DNA from: Oligoflexia bacterium
GTDB lineage: Bacteria > Bdellovibrionota > Bdellovibrionia > JABDDW01
NCBI GenBank assembly: GCA_043732305.1
Contig: JAYTHU010000075.1
Location: forward strand, 1-64,000
Direction: 5' to 3'
DNA length: 64,000 nucleotides
In this document: positions 43,927 to 52,579 of the stretch, in pieces
Layout: each line of letters opens with the position of its first letter
Numbering within the stretch: the first letter of the stretch is position 1
Notes under the pieces: generated by a model
What the model was told of the DNA's origin: nothing
Database searches by the model: none
The model's input: the letters and a program-made list of their open reading frames with translations, nothing else
Position numbers and translations under genes: made by a program

Positions 43927-45258
43927 TTACAATAAATTCGCGGCCAATTCAGCAAGCTCCGAACGCTCACCCTTAGTCAAAGTCACGTGAGCAGCAATCG
44001 CTTCATCTTTGAAGCGCTCGACCACGTAAGCCAGACCGTTATTTGCAGAGTCAACGTAAGGATTATCAATCTGGTAACAGTCACCGGTCAAAACAACTTT
44101 TGTTCCCTGGCCTGCGCGAGTGATGATCGTCTTGATTTCATGAGGCGTGAGATTCTGTGCTTCATCCACAATCAAATATTGGTGAGGGATGCTTCGTCCA
44201 CGAATATAAGTCAAAGGCTCGATGTTGAGCATCCCTTGATTTATCAATTCTTGCGCACGCCCCGCCGCACGTTTTTGATTGGTGCCAGAGCCTAGCAAAT
44301 ACTCGATGTTGTCAAACACGGGCTGCATCCAAGGATTTAATTTTTCTTCAACGTCACCGGGCAAATATCCAATGTCTCGGCCCATTGGGAAAATTGGACG
44401 ACTGACAAGCAGTCTATGAAATTTTCCTTCATCCAATGTTTTGGATAATCCTGCAGCCAATGCCAACAAAGTTTTTCCGGTGCCGGCTTTTCCGACGAGC
44501 GAAACAAGTTTGATGTCATCGTTGAGTAAACAATCGAGAGCGAAACTTTGCTCCACATTGCGAGGGAAAATTCCCCAGACGTTGTCGGTAGGCTTGATCA
44601 GTGGCACGGCCATTTTGGTAGCAAAGTTGTATCGAGCAATTGCACTGTGATTAGGATTGGCCGCGTCCTTAAGCAAAATATATTGATTAGGGCTGATTTG
44701 CGAATCAGTGATTGGCATTTGCTTGTCAGCATAGAAACTATCGATCGCATCAGAGGTGACTTCATACTCCGTGACACCGCTGAATAAATCCTCAATGTCC
44801 ACTTTCTGAGGCTCATAATCGGTTGCCACAATACCCATGACATCCGCTTTGATGCGGAGGTTAGTGTCTTTTGTGACGAGAGTAGTTTGGGCTCCGCCCT
44901 TTTCTTTTTGCAAACGCATGGCCAACGCCAAAATTCGGTTGTCGACTTTTTCTCCGTCGAGTCCACCAGGCAAACCTTGAGTGTCATTGTCTAGATTAAC
45001 AAAAACGGTGCTGTTGGTTCGATCCAAAAGAACGCCCTTACTCAGAGCTCCCTTGCTTCTCAACACATCAACAAATCTTGAAAACTGACGAGCATTGCGG
45101 CCGTTTTCACCAAGATCTTTTTTGAATCGATCCATTTCTTCAATAACAGAAATCGGAATGATCACGTCACTGTTAGCAAACTTGTAAATAGCTTGTGGAT
45201 CGAAAAGAATAACGTTGGTGTCTAAGACGAATCGTTTTTTAACTGTTGTTTTGCTCAA
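43927..45258 (-). CDS. PIN-PhoH protein (PhoH2/YlaK type)
   Basis: FVLDTNVI, DNRIL, TKDTNLRIKA (PIN); GKAGTGKT, GYLPGDVEEKL.PW, YIRGRS, DEAQN (PhoH). Confidence 0.95.
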   Translation of the reverse strand: MSKTTVKKRFVLDTNVILFDPQAIYKFANSDVIIPISVIEEMDRFKKDLGENGRNARQFSRFVDVLRSKGALSKGVLLDRTNSTVFVNLDNDTQGLPGGLDGEKVDNRILALAMRLQKEKGGAQTTLVTKDTNLRIKADVMGIVATDYEPQKVDIEDLFSGVTEYEVTSDAIDSFYADKQMPITDSQISPNQYILLKDAANPNHSAIARYNFATKMAVPLIKPTDNVWGIFPRNVEQSFALDCLLNDDIKLVSLVGKAGTGKTLLALAAGLSKTLDEGKFHRLLVSRPIFPMGRDIGYLPGDVEEKLNPWMQPVFDNIEYLLGSGTNQKRAAGRAQELINQGMLNIEPLTYIRGRSIPHQYLIVDEAQNLTPHEIKTIITRAGQGTKVVLTGDCYQIDNPYVDSANNGLAYVVERFKDEAIAAHVTLTKGERSELAELAANLL

Positions 45259-45354
45259 TCTTTTGTCCCCCTTAGATACGTGTATTTACGCATCCTTGGG
45301 TTAATTATGGACAAGAGCCTAGGTTCAATTCAAGTGATTTATTTGTTAAAAAGC

Positions 45355-45891
45355 TTAATCGACCCGTCCGGAAATCTTCTCGCCTTTATCTTTCTTAGCG
45401 GTCGAAGAAACAGTTTCCAAGAAACGGACAAAGTGATACAGGGCTTCTTCAGAAGAATGGGCCGCTTTTTTGAAACTCGATCCATGGCGCACAACCCCTT
45501 GATGAGGAATCTCGCGGACATTGGCAATTTTTGCGGAGAAACTGAAATAGGTTTCATGACTGATGTAAATTCTCAGAGTTACCAATTCATCACGGTTGAA
45601 TGATCCAACATCTTTTGCCATGTCGAACGCTAAACCAGAGGTGGAAATATCAAATATATGAATGGGTTGCAAAATGCCTTCGCCGATCACAGCGAACACT
45701 CCAACAAATTGTGACAAAACAGTGCGAGTCACATTGCGTCTGTCTTCGTCTGATTTCTCAGATTTCCTGTCGCTGAAACTTATGACTTCGCCGCCACCCG
45801 TTTCTTCAAATGGATTCTTCGCAGGTTCATTTTTATTAGGTGCTTGCTTGCCAAATCTTGAAGTCAGATCAATCACATTGTTTTTGCTCAT
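45355..45891 (-). CDS. PilZ-domain protein
   Basis: DRRNVTR (RxxxR) and DISTSG (DxSxxG). Confidence 0.8.
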   Translation of the reverse strand: MSKNNVIDLTSRFGKQAPNKNEPAKNPFEETGGGEVISFSDRKSEKSDEDRRNVTRTVLSQFVGVFAVIGEGILQPIHIFDISTSGLAFDMAKDVGSFNRDELVTLRIYISHETYFSFSAKIANVREIPHQGVVRHGSSFKKAAHSSEEALYHFVRFLETVSSTAKKDKGEKISGRVD

Positions 45892-45985
45892 TTTGTGCCC
45901 GCCTATGATCTTTTTTCGGCATAACCTATCAACTCTTTAGGCACTTTTCTTGATTCTGGACGTTGGCCGAGCTATCCTTTTTGCT

Positions 45986-46867
45986 ATGACCGCTTGGCGC
46001 TTTCTATTTTTCAGCTTAATAGTCCATTTGATCTTTTGGCTATTCATGTCCAAACACGCGGAATTTTTAAAGCAGAAGAAAGAAAATCTGCCCATCGAAG
46101 TGTCGATTATCGATAAGAAAAACCCTTCCTCGAAACCAACCCAAATGGCTCCGGCACTTCCAAAATCTCTACCTAAAAATCTTGAGCCTGCACTCCCTAA
46201 ATATTTCAGCGATAAAGATCAATATGTTCAAAAACAAACTCACGCCAAAAACCTGCAGCTCTATAATCCCATTTCCCCTTCGATTATGGGATCAGATTTA
46301 AACGCCAAAGATCAAAAGCCGTCAGATCAGGGCAATAAGCCTGATGAGCAAAAATCTCAAGACGATTCAAAAAACAATTCTGACGACGGGGTCACGTTTA
46401 AAAAATCAACGCAAGGCGGGCGTAAGTCTGAAGCGGCGGTGGCATCGGACCCTTTGCTTTATGAAGATGCGGATGTGGGTTCAATCACAGCACTCAATGC
46501 TCAAGGTGTACAATTTTATGCATTCACCAGTCGCATTCAGGGATCCATCGTGAATCACTGGGTGAGTAACCTTCACTTTTATGAAAGCCGTTTGACCAGA
46601 TCAGACGTAGACAAACTTGCCGGCAATTCTTGGACAACAGTAGTGGACGTCATTTTGGATTCTGAAGGTCATCTCAAAAATATAATCATCGGCCGCTCGT
46701 CCGGCATCCGAGAAGTGGATGATGCCGTGACCAACACCTTTAAACAAATTTCATACTTCCCCAATCCACCCCGTGAGATGGTCGAAGCCGACCACACCGT
46801 GCACCTTCAATACGCCTTTCGACTCGACGTCACCTCCGCCCGCCAAATGGCCGCCCCAAAATTCTAG
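45986..46867 (+). CDS. TonB-family energy transducer
   Basis: TM with SLIVH (SHLS-type), Pro/Lys linker, C-terminal LD..G.L.....SSG..EVD.A......FPNPP. Confidence 0.85.
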   Translation: MTAWRFLFFSLIVHLIFWLFMSKHAEFLKQKKENLPIEVSIIDKKNPSSKPTQMAPALPKSLPKNLEPALPKYFSDKDQYVQKQTHAKNLQLYNPISPSIMGSDLNAKDQKPSDQGNKPDEQKSQDDSKNNSDDGVTFKKSTQGGRKSEAAVASDPLLYEDADVGSITALNAQGVQFYAFTSRIQGSIVNHWVSNLHFYESRLTRSDVDKLAGNSWTTVVDVILDSEGHLKNIIIGRSSGIREVDDAVTNTFKQISYFPNPPREMVEADHTVHLQYAFRLDVTSARQMAAPKF

Positions 46868-47042
46868 TCTTTCTCTCAAGTTGTTGATGAACACTCCTTT
46901 GGAGCATAGTTAAGAACTATAGCCGTTCTTTAATATTTATTCATCGAACTTTGATACCGTCCGTGCGCTGGAAATCAACAACAATTATACCATAGCTCAC
47001 ATTATTTATTGCAGCATCACAAAAAGACTAGTACAAAGAGTA

Positions 47043-47630
47043 ATGAATAAAAGTAGACGACCCAAGAAGAGAAAAACGCGAGTGCAAAAGCATGGGCAAC
47101 AAAAATTTGTGGGAGTAGGCTTCAGCAATCAAAGCTTCTTTGGTGGATCTCTCACAACAAAAAGAGCACATCGAACAGCAAGGCCACTTTCGACTAAATA
47201 TCCAATCCATGTCATTTTGAGATCATCTCAAGCCCAGGGTGTGAAATCATTCTGGCATAAAGGAAATAAGGAATTTATAAAACAAGCACTCAAGAAATAC
47301 TCAAAACGTTGGAGCATCGAGGTTTTGAGCTGTGCCAATGTAGGAAATCATATTCACCTTCTCATAAAACTGAGTCATCGCTACTCCTATGAAAAATTCA
47401 TCAAAAGTCTGACCGGCGCAATCAGCCTAAGGCTTACCAAGTGGAATAAAAATCGTGGCGAACGTGGTGAAAAATTCTGGGACTTCAAACCTTACACCAG
47501 ATTGATCATTGGCTTTTTTGCCAAATTAAGAATGCAAGATTATATGGACATTAATCAACTTGAGGGGCCAGAAGTCAAACGCCTCGAAGCGCGAATGATT
47601 TTGGAAAACTTGAAATTCAGTTCCGGGTAA
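47043..47630 (+). mobile_element. Stand-alone Y1 HUH tyrosine transposase (IS200/RAYT-like)
   Basis: PIHVILRS, HUH motif NHIHLL, FWD..PYTR, and candidate catalytic Tyr in DYMDIN; no tnpB next to it. Confidence 0.8.
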
Positions 47631-47904
47631 TTTAAGACAAAAATTTGCTTTCGAAATGAAATCTTGGAGAGAGAAATTTCGGGACCTGATTTTCGAAGTA
47701 GATCTTTAGAAGCGGAATTAACTTGAGAAAAGCTGTTGCTTAAAACATGCCGATGGGATTTGGCGGCTTCAGCATTATATATTATTGAGGTTTTTGACCC
47801 AGATTCGCAATACAGCACTTCGACCAGACTAAACTTCAGCCTAGCTTTTTTGCCAATAAAGATCTGGTCTCTACCACCATGGAAATCCGCGCTAAAATAA
47901 AAGC

Positions 47905-48492
47905 ATGTCAGGACGACTAGCCTCGCGGGGCGCTTCGGCAATCGCGATTTATTTTTTGCTCTTTTGCGTTATTTCTACATTTGCAATCAAAGCAAATGCA
48001 GGAACTTTTGAAGTCAGTGCCAGTTACACTTACAAAGATACAAATTACGACGCCAATCAATATGACATGTCTGAAAGTGGAACGGCAGGCCTTGGATATT
48101 ATTTTTGGGAAACAAGCGCTCTTGAATTTACCTACACCCGCGGCGCGGAAAAACTTGTGCAAGATACCGGCACAACATTTCAGGATTTTACCGGCTACGG
48201 CGCGGATTTTCTTTTCACCGTGGCAAATGAGAACAGTAGATTCAAACCGTATTTAAAAGTCGGCGCGGTTTATCTCGTTAAAAATCTCAGAAACTATTTC
48301 ACTAACGGAACTGTCTCCCCCATCACCGTTCAACAAGGAATTGCACCACAAGTCGGAGTTGGATTAAAATGGATGCTAGGCCAACAATTTGGTATTAAGT
48401 TTGGAATCGATGTTTCCACAAGCCCACTTAATAATTCAACGGCTACCACCTATGACTTCGGCGCAAGTGCCGGAATCAGCTTTCTGTTCTAA
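47905..48492 (+). CDS. Small outer-membrane beta-barrel protein
   Basis: Signal peptide (ANA), GLGYYF, FKPYLKVGA, GVGLKW, terminal AGISFLF. Confidence 0.8.
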   Translation: MSGRLASRGASAIAIYFLLFCVISTFAIKANAGTFEVSASYTYKDTNYDANQYDMSESGTAGLGYYFWETSALEFTYTRGAEKLVQDTGTTFQDFTGYGADFLFTVANENSRFKPYLKVGAVYLVKNLRNYFTNGTVSPITVQQGIAPQVGVGLKWMLGQQFGIKFGIDVSTSPLNNSTATTYDFGASAGISFLF

Positions 48493-49566
48493 ATGAGAAT
48501 ACAAATCTCAAATTTTCGCAAATCCCTAATTTTTTCTAGTTTCCTTGTCATGCTCTCGATTTTAAGCACCGGTTGCGAGTTAAAATATTTAATCAAATCG
48601 GCTGAAGGGCAATTGGATTTACTATCTAAAAAAGAGAGTGTTGATAAAGCGCTGAAAGACCCGCAAATAGATGACGAAACCAAACGTAAAATACAATTGG
48701 TTCAAAAAACTAAAGCGTTTGCGGAAAAAAATCTGGCTCTGGTTCACACTACAAACTATGACAGCTTTGTTCTACTTCCCGAGCGCTACGTTACCTATGC
48801 GGTGACGGCCAGTTCCAAAGAAAGACTTCAAGCTTACCTTTGGTCCTTCCCATTTGTTGGACGAGTTCCTTACAAAGGCTTTTTCAAGAAGCAAGATGCG
48901 CTCGATGAAGCAGATATTTTAAAGAAGGAAAACCTAGATGTCATAGTCAGAGGCGTGAGCGCTTACTCTACGCTCGGATGGTTTTCAGATCCTCTTATGT
49001 CCAGCATGACTAAAGATGATGATTCTGAATTAGTGGACACAGTCATTCACGAAACTACACATGCCACAATATATGTGAAAAGCAATGCAGATTTCAATGA
49101 ACGCCTAGCCACATTTGTTGGTGAAAAAGGCACAGAGCTTTTCTACCTTCAGGAAGAAGGCAATAACTCCCCCACTTTGAAAAAAATGAAATCTGTAAAC
49201 GACGACTCAAAAATATTTTTTTCTTTTATGGGTGACGAGATAAAAAGTATCGAAAAGTATTACGATGCGAATCAAGCAAACGCAAACCTCATAAGCAATC
49301 GAGAAAATGAATTTAAAAGAATTAAAAAAGATTTTTTAGTCCAGTGTCTACCGAAGTTAAAAAGTGGACGATTCGATTTTTTCAAAGAAGTCATTATCAA
49401 CAACGCGATGCTCATCGGATACAAAATGTATTATAGTGATCATGAAATCTTCCAACGGCTATTAGATAAAACTAACAACCACTGGAAGGAATTTTTCTTA
49501 GAACTCGCCAAGATCAAAAAATCAAGCAATCCTGACGCTGATCTTGAAACTCTTCTGAAGAACTGA
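48493..49566 (+). CDS. Putative zinc aminopeptidase lipoprotein (DUF2265-type)
   Basis: Lipobox STGC, WSFPFVG.VPYKGFF, AYSTLGWF.DP, IHETTH, FNE.LA.FVG. Confidence 0.88.
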   Translation: MRIQISNFRKSLIFSSFLVMLSILSTGCELKYLIKSAEGQLDLLSKKESVDKALKDPQIDDETKRKIQLVQKTKAFAEKNLALVHTTNYDSFVLLPERYVTYAVTASSKERLQAYLWSFPFVGRVPYKGFFKKQDALDEADILKKENLDVIVRGVSAYSTLGWFSDPLMSSMTKDDDSELVDTVIHETTHATIYVKSNADFNERLATFVGEKGTELFYLQEEGNNSPTLKKMKSVNDDSKIFFSFMGDEIKSIEKYYDANQANANLISNRENEFKRIKKDFLVQCLPKLKSGRFDFFKEVIINNAMLIGYKMYYSDHEIFQRLLDKTNNHWKEFFLELAKIKKSSNPDADLETLLKN

Positions 49567-49716
49567 GAAAACTGGGGTCGCAAGATTTCCTAATGTAGCA
49601 ATCTCGGTATTGTCGGCGTCGTTATCCAAACTGTCATCCTCGTCAAACGACAGCAGACTCAGGGGCGTAGCAACTAAGACCAGACTCATCACAAACAGAT
49701 AAGTGACTTTCCTCAT
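49522..49716 (-). CDS. Small exported acidic protein (64 aa)
   Basis: Strong RBS AAGGAGG before ATG 49716; hydrophobic N-terminus followed by FDEDDSLDNDAD. Confidence 0.5.
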   Translation of the reverse strand: MRKVTYLFVMSLVLVATPLSLLSFDEDDSLDNDADNTEIATLGNLATPVFSVLQKSFKISVRIA

Positions 49717-49730
49717 ACGTTCCTCCTTTA

Positions 49731-49762
49731 TATTTGACGCATTCAAAGGAAACTGTGGTTAA
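49731..49762 (-). promoter_or_regulatory. Putative ECF-sigma promoter
   Basis: TTAACC-18-GTCAAATA, matching the motif upstream of the ECF sigma gene. Confidence 0.55.
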
Positions 49763-49796
49763 GCGTCAAAACAAACTGGACTAAAAAGATTTGTAC

Positions 49797-50402
49797 TTAC
49801 TCAGCAGTAGCTGCTTGGGAATGATCCTGGGAAAGCATGTCTTTGAACTTTTTCATCATCTCGCGTTTCAATAAAACATACTCTGCGGCTTTAGAACTAC
49901 CAAAGAGCTTTTCCACCATTAGAATCTCTTTTGAGGGCAGCCCATTAAGCTTTTTCATCACATCCAAGTACTCTTGCATAAGTTTCGTACTCAACTTCTT
50001 ATCGGCTTTTCGCTGGTCCAGTTGAGCCGCAACTTCATCGGACCGACCTCTAAGGATTCGTTTTTCCTCGGATATTTTTTTATATTCGACTTCAAAGTGC
50101 ATTTCCTCAGATGTGCTGAGCTGAAGCCTATCCGAAACGCGCCACATGAATAATTGCTCAAGGCGCTGTTTCATTTTTTCGGGCTTTTTCGAGTCTTCAG
50201 CTGAAAGTGGGACAACCGAATGACTGGGCGTAGCTTCCACGGATCCACCACTTTTTGGCAGTGGAGGCTGAGATTGAGAATAAGCGGAAACTGAGGTGAT
50301 AGCAGACAGAAAAAGCAATGCTACTACGTTTTTATTGGAAATCTTAACAAGTTTTATTGATAACACTTTTTTAAACATCATCCTTGCTCTATAAATTTTC
50401 AA
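49797..50402 (-). CDS. Periplasmic helical protein (Spy/CpxP-like), third gene of the ECF operon
   Basis: Signal segment, LQLSTSEE, helical Lys/Glu-rich body. Confidence 0.6.
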   Translation of the reverse strand: MKIYRARMMFKKVLSIKLVKISNKNVVALLFLSAITSVSAYSQSQPPLPKSGGSVEATPSHSVVPLSAEDSKKPEKMKQRLEQLFMWRVSDRLQLSTSEEMHFEVEYKKISEEKRILRGRSDEVAAQLDQRKADKKLSTKLMQEYLDVMKKLNGLPSKEILMVEKLFGSSKAAEYVLLKREMMKKFKDMLSQDHSQAATAE

Positions 50403-51018
50403 TCACCTTTTTAGCCTGCCCCTCTGGGAGCTGGCTTAATTTTTCTGCAATCGCATCAAACATGAAATCTTCATTTCCTTGTTGATTAACAATCACTTCA
50501 TTGTAGATACCTTCATTTTGCACCATATTTTGCGCGGCGGCTTCAACTTTTTGCTCCATCTGAATGCGATGATTTTTTAAACCTTTTTGGGTAACTAAAG
50601 TGCCTGCTCCCAACACGAAAATGGCTGCAGATGCAGCCACGAGTCCTCTTTGTTGAGATTTTTTCCACGGAGTCACTTGCTTTAATGGTTGAACATTGGA
50701 GATTTCACTCATGATGCGATTTTTTAAACAATCAAAAACCTCGTCCGGCGGAAGTTCCCCCGAAAGTGAACTCAGCTGATCACAGCGACGAATCTCGGCT
50801 TTGAGATTTCTCAATTGGAACACGGCCCGACGCTCATCCTTGTCATTAGCAATAACTCGGTCCAAATCTTCTTTAAATGACTTCTCTAGTTCTCCGTCAA
50901 GATAATCAAGCCAGATTTCCGCGGCAATTTTAGTCTTCGGCTTGGATTTCGACATCGGTGTTACCTCATCGGTTCGCTTTTCTGTGTTTTCATTCGTACG
51001 TTTTATAGACAACTTCAA
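50389..51018 (-). CDS. Putative anti-sigma factor
   Basis: DYLDGEL (anti-sigma domain lacking the Zn ligands), single TM, overlaps the ECF sigma stop. Confidence 0.75.
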   Translation of the reverse strand: MKLSIKRTNENTEKRTDEVTPMSKSKPKTKIAAEIWLDYLDGELEKSFKEDLDRVIANDKDERRAVFQLRNLKAEIRRCDQLSSLSGELPPDEVFDCLKNRIMSEISNVQPLKQVTPWKKSQQRGLVAASAAIFVLGAGTLVTQKGLKNHRIQMEQKVEAAAQNMVQNEGIYNEVIVNQQGNEDFMFDAIAEKLSQLPEGQAKKVIENL

Positions 51019-51626
51019 TCTCCGTTCAGGTTAGGCACAATCAAAGTTTTTATGCCTTCAGCTTCTTCGTCTAAGCTTTCTTGCCAGTTTTGGACTCCAG
51101 GCATTTCAGCAAAAACATCCTTCAATTTAAGCACAGCGTGTCGATAATTCGCTTTTGCGGTGTCATAAGGACATTCCATAATCTGAGCAATTTCTTGAAA
51201 ACTCAGATCCTCGAACACCCGAAGTGAAAGAGCGGTTCTTTGTTTCTCCGGAAGCTTTTCGACTTCTTTATGCAACAACGTTTGCATTTCCACTTTTTCC
51301 ATTCCCTTAGTAGTTGTCTCGGAAACAGAAATCACCACGTCCTCAATATCAACTTCATGTCCCGCTTTTGATCTCCATCTGTTCTTGCAGGTATTGATCG
51401 CGATTCTGAAAAGCCAGCTCTTGAAACTGGATCTTTCTTCGAATAAATTGATTTTTTGGTAAGCCTTTATGAAGCTTTCTTGGACCACGTCTTCAGCGGC
51501 ACCATGGTCACCGATAAAGCGCAGAGCGAGCCTGTATACCGCTCTTTGGTGTCTTTCTACAAGTTCCCCAAAGGCTTGGCTGTTTCCACTTTTAATTTCG
51601 CGAACTAGGTCCAAATCAGCTTTCAT
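51015..51626 (-). CDS. rpoE: ECF RNA polymerase sigma factor
   Basis: AFGELVERH, AEDVVQESFIKAY, SSFKSWLFRIAIN, LPEKQR, LSFQEIAQIM. Confidence 0.93.
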   Translation of the reverse strand: MKADLDLVREIKSGNSQAFGELVERHQRAVYRLALRFIGDHGAAEDVVQESFIKAYQKINLFEERSSFKSWLFRIAINTCKNRWRSKAGHEVDIEDVVISVSETTTKGMEKVEMQTLLHKEVEKLPEKQRTALSLRVFEDLSFQEIAQIMECPYDTAKANYRHAVLKLKDVFAEMPGVQNWQESLDEEAEGIKTLIVPNLNGD

Positions 51627-51642
51627 ATACCGCCTAGTCCAG

Positions 51643-51673
51643 TATTAGACACCGACTTAGGTCGATGGGTTAA
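51643..51673 (-). promoter_or_regulatory. Putative autoregulatory ECF promoter
   Basis: TTAACC-17-GTCTAATA upstream of the ECF sigma RBS; AAC/GTC is the ECF-type signature. Confidence 0.6.
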
Positions 51674-51779
51674 ATCTATTTTAATGTAGCGCATCTTTTT
51701 CTAAAAAAACATCCCCAGGGCCAAACTGATACCGAAAAAAGAAGCTGGCGGGCCCTCAGTTTGCAATGGCAAAACTCGA

Positions 51780-52052
51780 GTGACTCAGTTCAATTTTAGG
51801 AGTTTCAGTGCCAGGCCAATTGAAGATCTTTTGCCGATAGTGCCGAAGCCACCCGCGGGGAAGAAGAAGTTGGAAGTCGGGCAATGGGAAGTAGCTTACA
51901 ATTCCATGACTGACAAAATCCACTACCAGAGTACGAGTAAGAAGCACTCCATTATTTTAAACGACGTGTTTAATTTTGAAACAAATTTAGGTGATGTTCA
52001 TTACGAACTTGATCACGGTCTCAATCTTCGTAAAGAAGCTGTTATTTTCTGA
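51780..52052 (+). CDS. Small hypothetical protein
   Basis: 90-aa ORF filling the intergenic space; no motif. Confidence 0.45.
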   Translation: MTQFNFRSFSARPIEDLLPIVPKPPAGKKKLEVGQWEVAYNSMTDKIHYQSTSKKHSIILNDVFNFETNLGDVHYELDHGLNLRKEAVIF

Positions 52053-52524
52053 CAGTAGGTGAAGTTGTGACAGGAATTTGCGCAGGCACCATTGGTGGCG
52101 TTTGCACACCACCAGGAAGCTGCACGGGAGACGTCATGCCGGGTGCCGCAGCGGCAGGCGCAGCAACACTAGATGTTTCAGTCTTAAATTGAATCAATTG
52201 AGCATGATCACATTTGCCAAATTCTTCTAGCGAAGCAAGTTCTGGAAACCCGCGAAAAATGATATTATCTCCAGGTTTGATTCCGGCGAAGGCAGTGTCT
52301 TCAGCTCGGCAAATATAACCATCATCACAGATAATGGAAAACTTGTTCACCTGACTAGCGTTGGTGACGATCATTCCCTTGGAGAAAGCTTCAACCCTAA
52401 GAACTTTGCATTCCTTTTTCGACGAAAGTGCCCAAGAGACTGTTCTTGGTGAAACGACGAAAGTCGCGATGAACGCGGCCACTAAAAGAATAACGATTAA
52501 AATTAATTTATTTTTGAATTTCAT
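52042..52524 (-). CDS. Hypothetical membrane-anchored Cys-containing protein with a Pro/Ala-rich tail
   Basis: N-terminal TM, four Cys, low-complexity C-terminus. Confidence 0.65.
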   Translation of the reverse strand: MKFKNKLILIVILLVAAFIATFVVSPRTVSWALSSKKECKVLRVEAFSKGMIVTNASQVNKFSIICDDGYICRAEDTAFAGIKPGDNIIFRGFPELASLEEFGKCDHAQLIQFKTETSSVAAPAAAAPGMTSPVQLPGGVQTPPMVPAQIPVTTSPTVRK

Positions 52525-52579
52525 GGAACTTACTTATCAGAAAATAACGCGGTATTGCTACCAAAATTAACGGCGTACC

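Noticed and set aside
47555..47941. 128-aa minus-strand ORF as a TnpB/IscB partner of the Y1 transposase
   Set aside because: Too short, no RuvC or zinc-finger motifs, and overlaps both neighbours.
51736..51748. AAAAAGAAGCTGG as a fifth repeat copy
   Set aside because: Only a partial match without the TACC end or the upstream TGACGC; may be chance.
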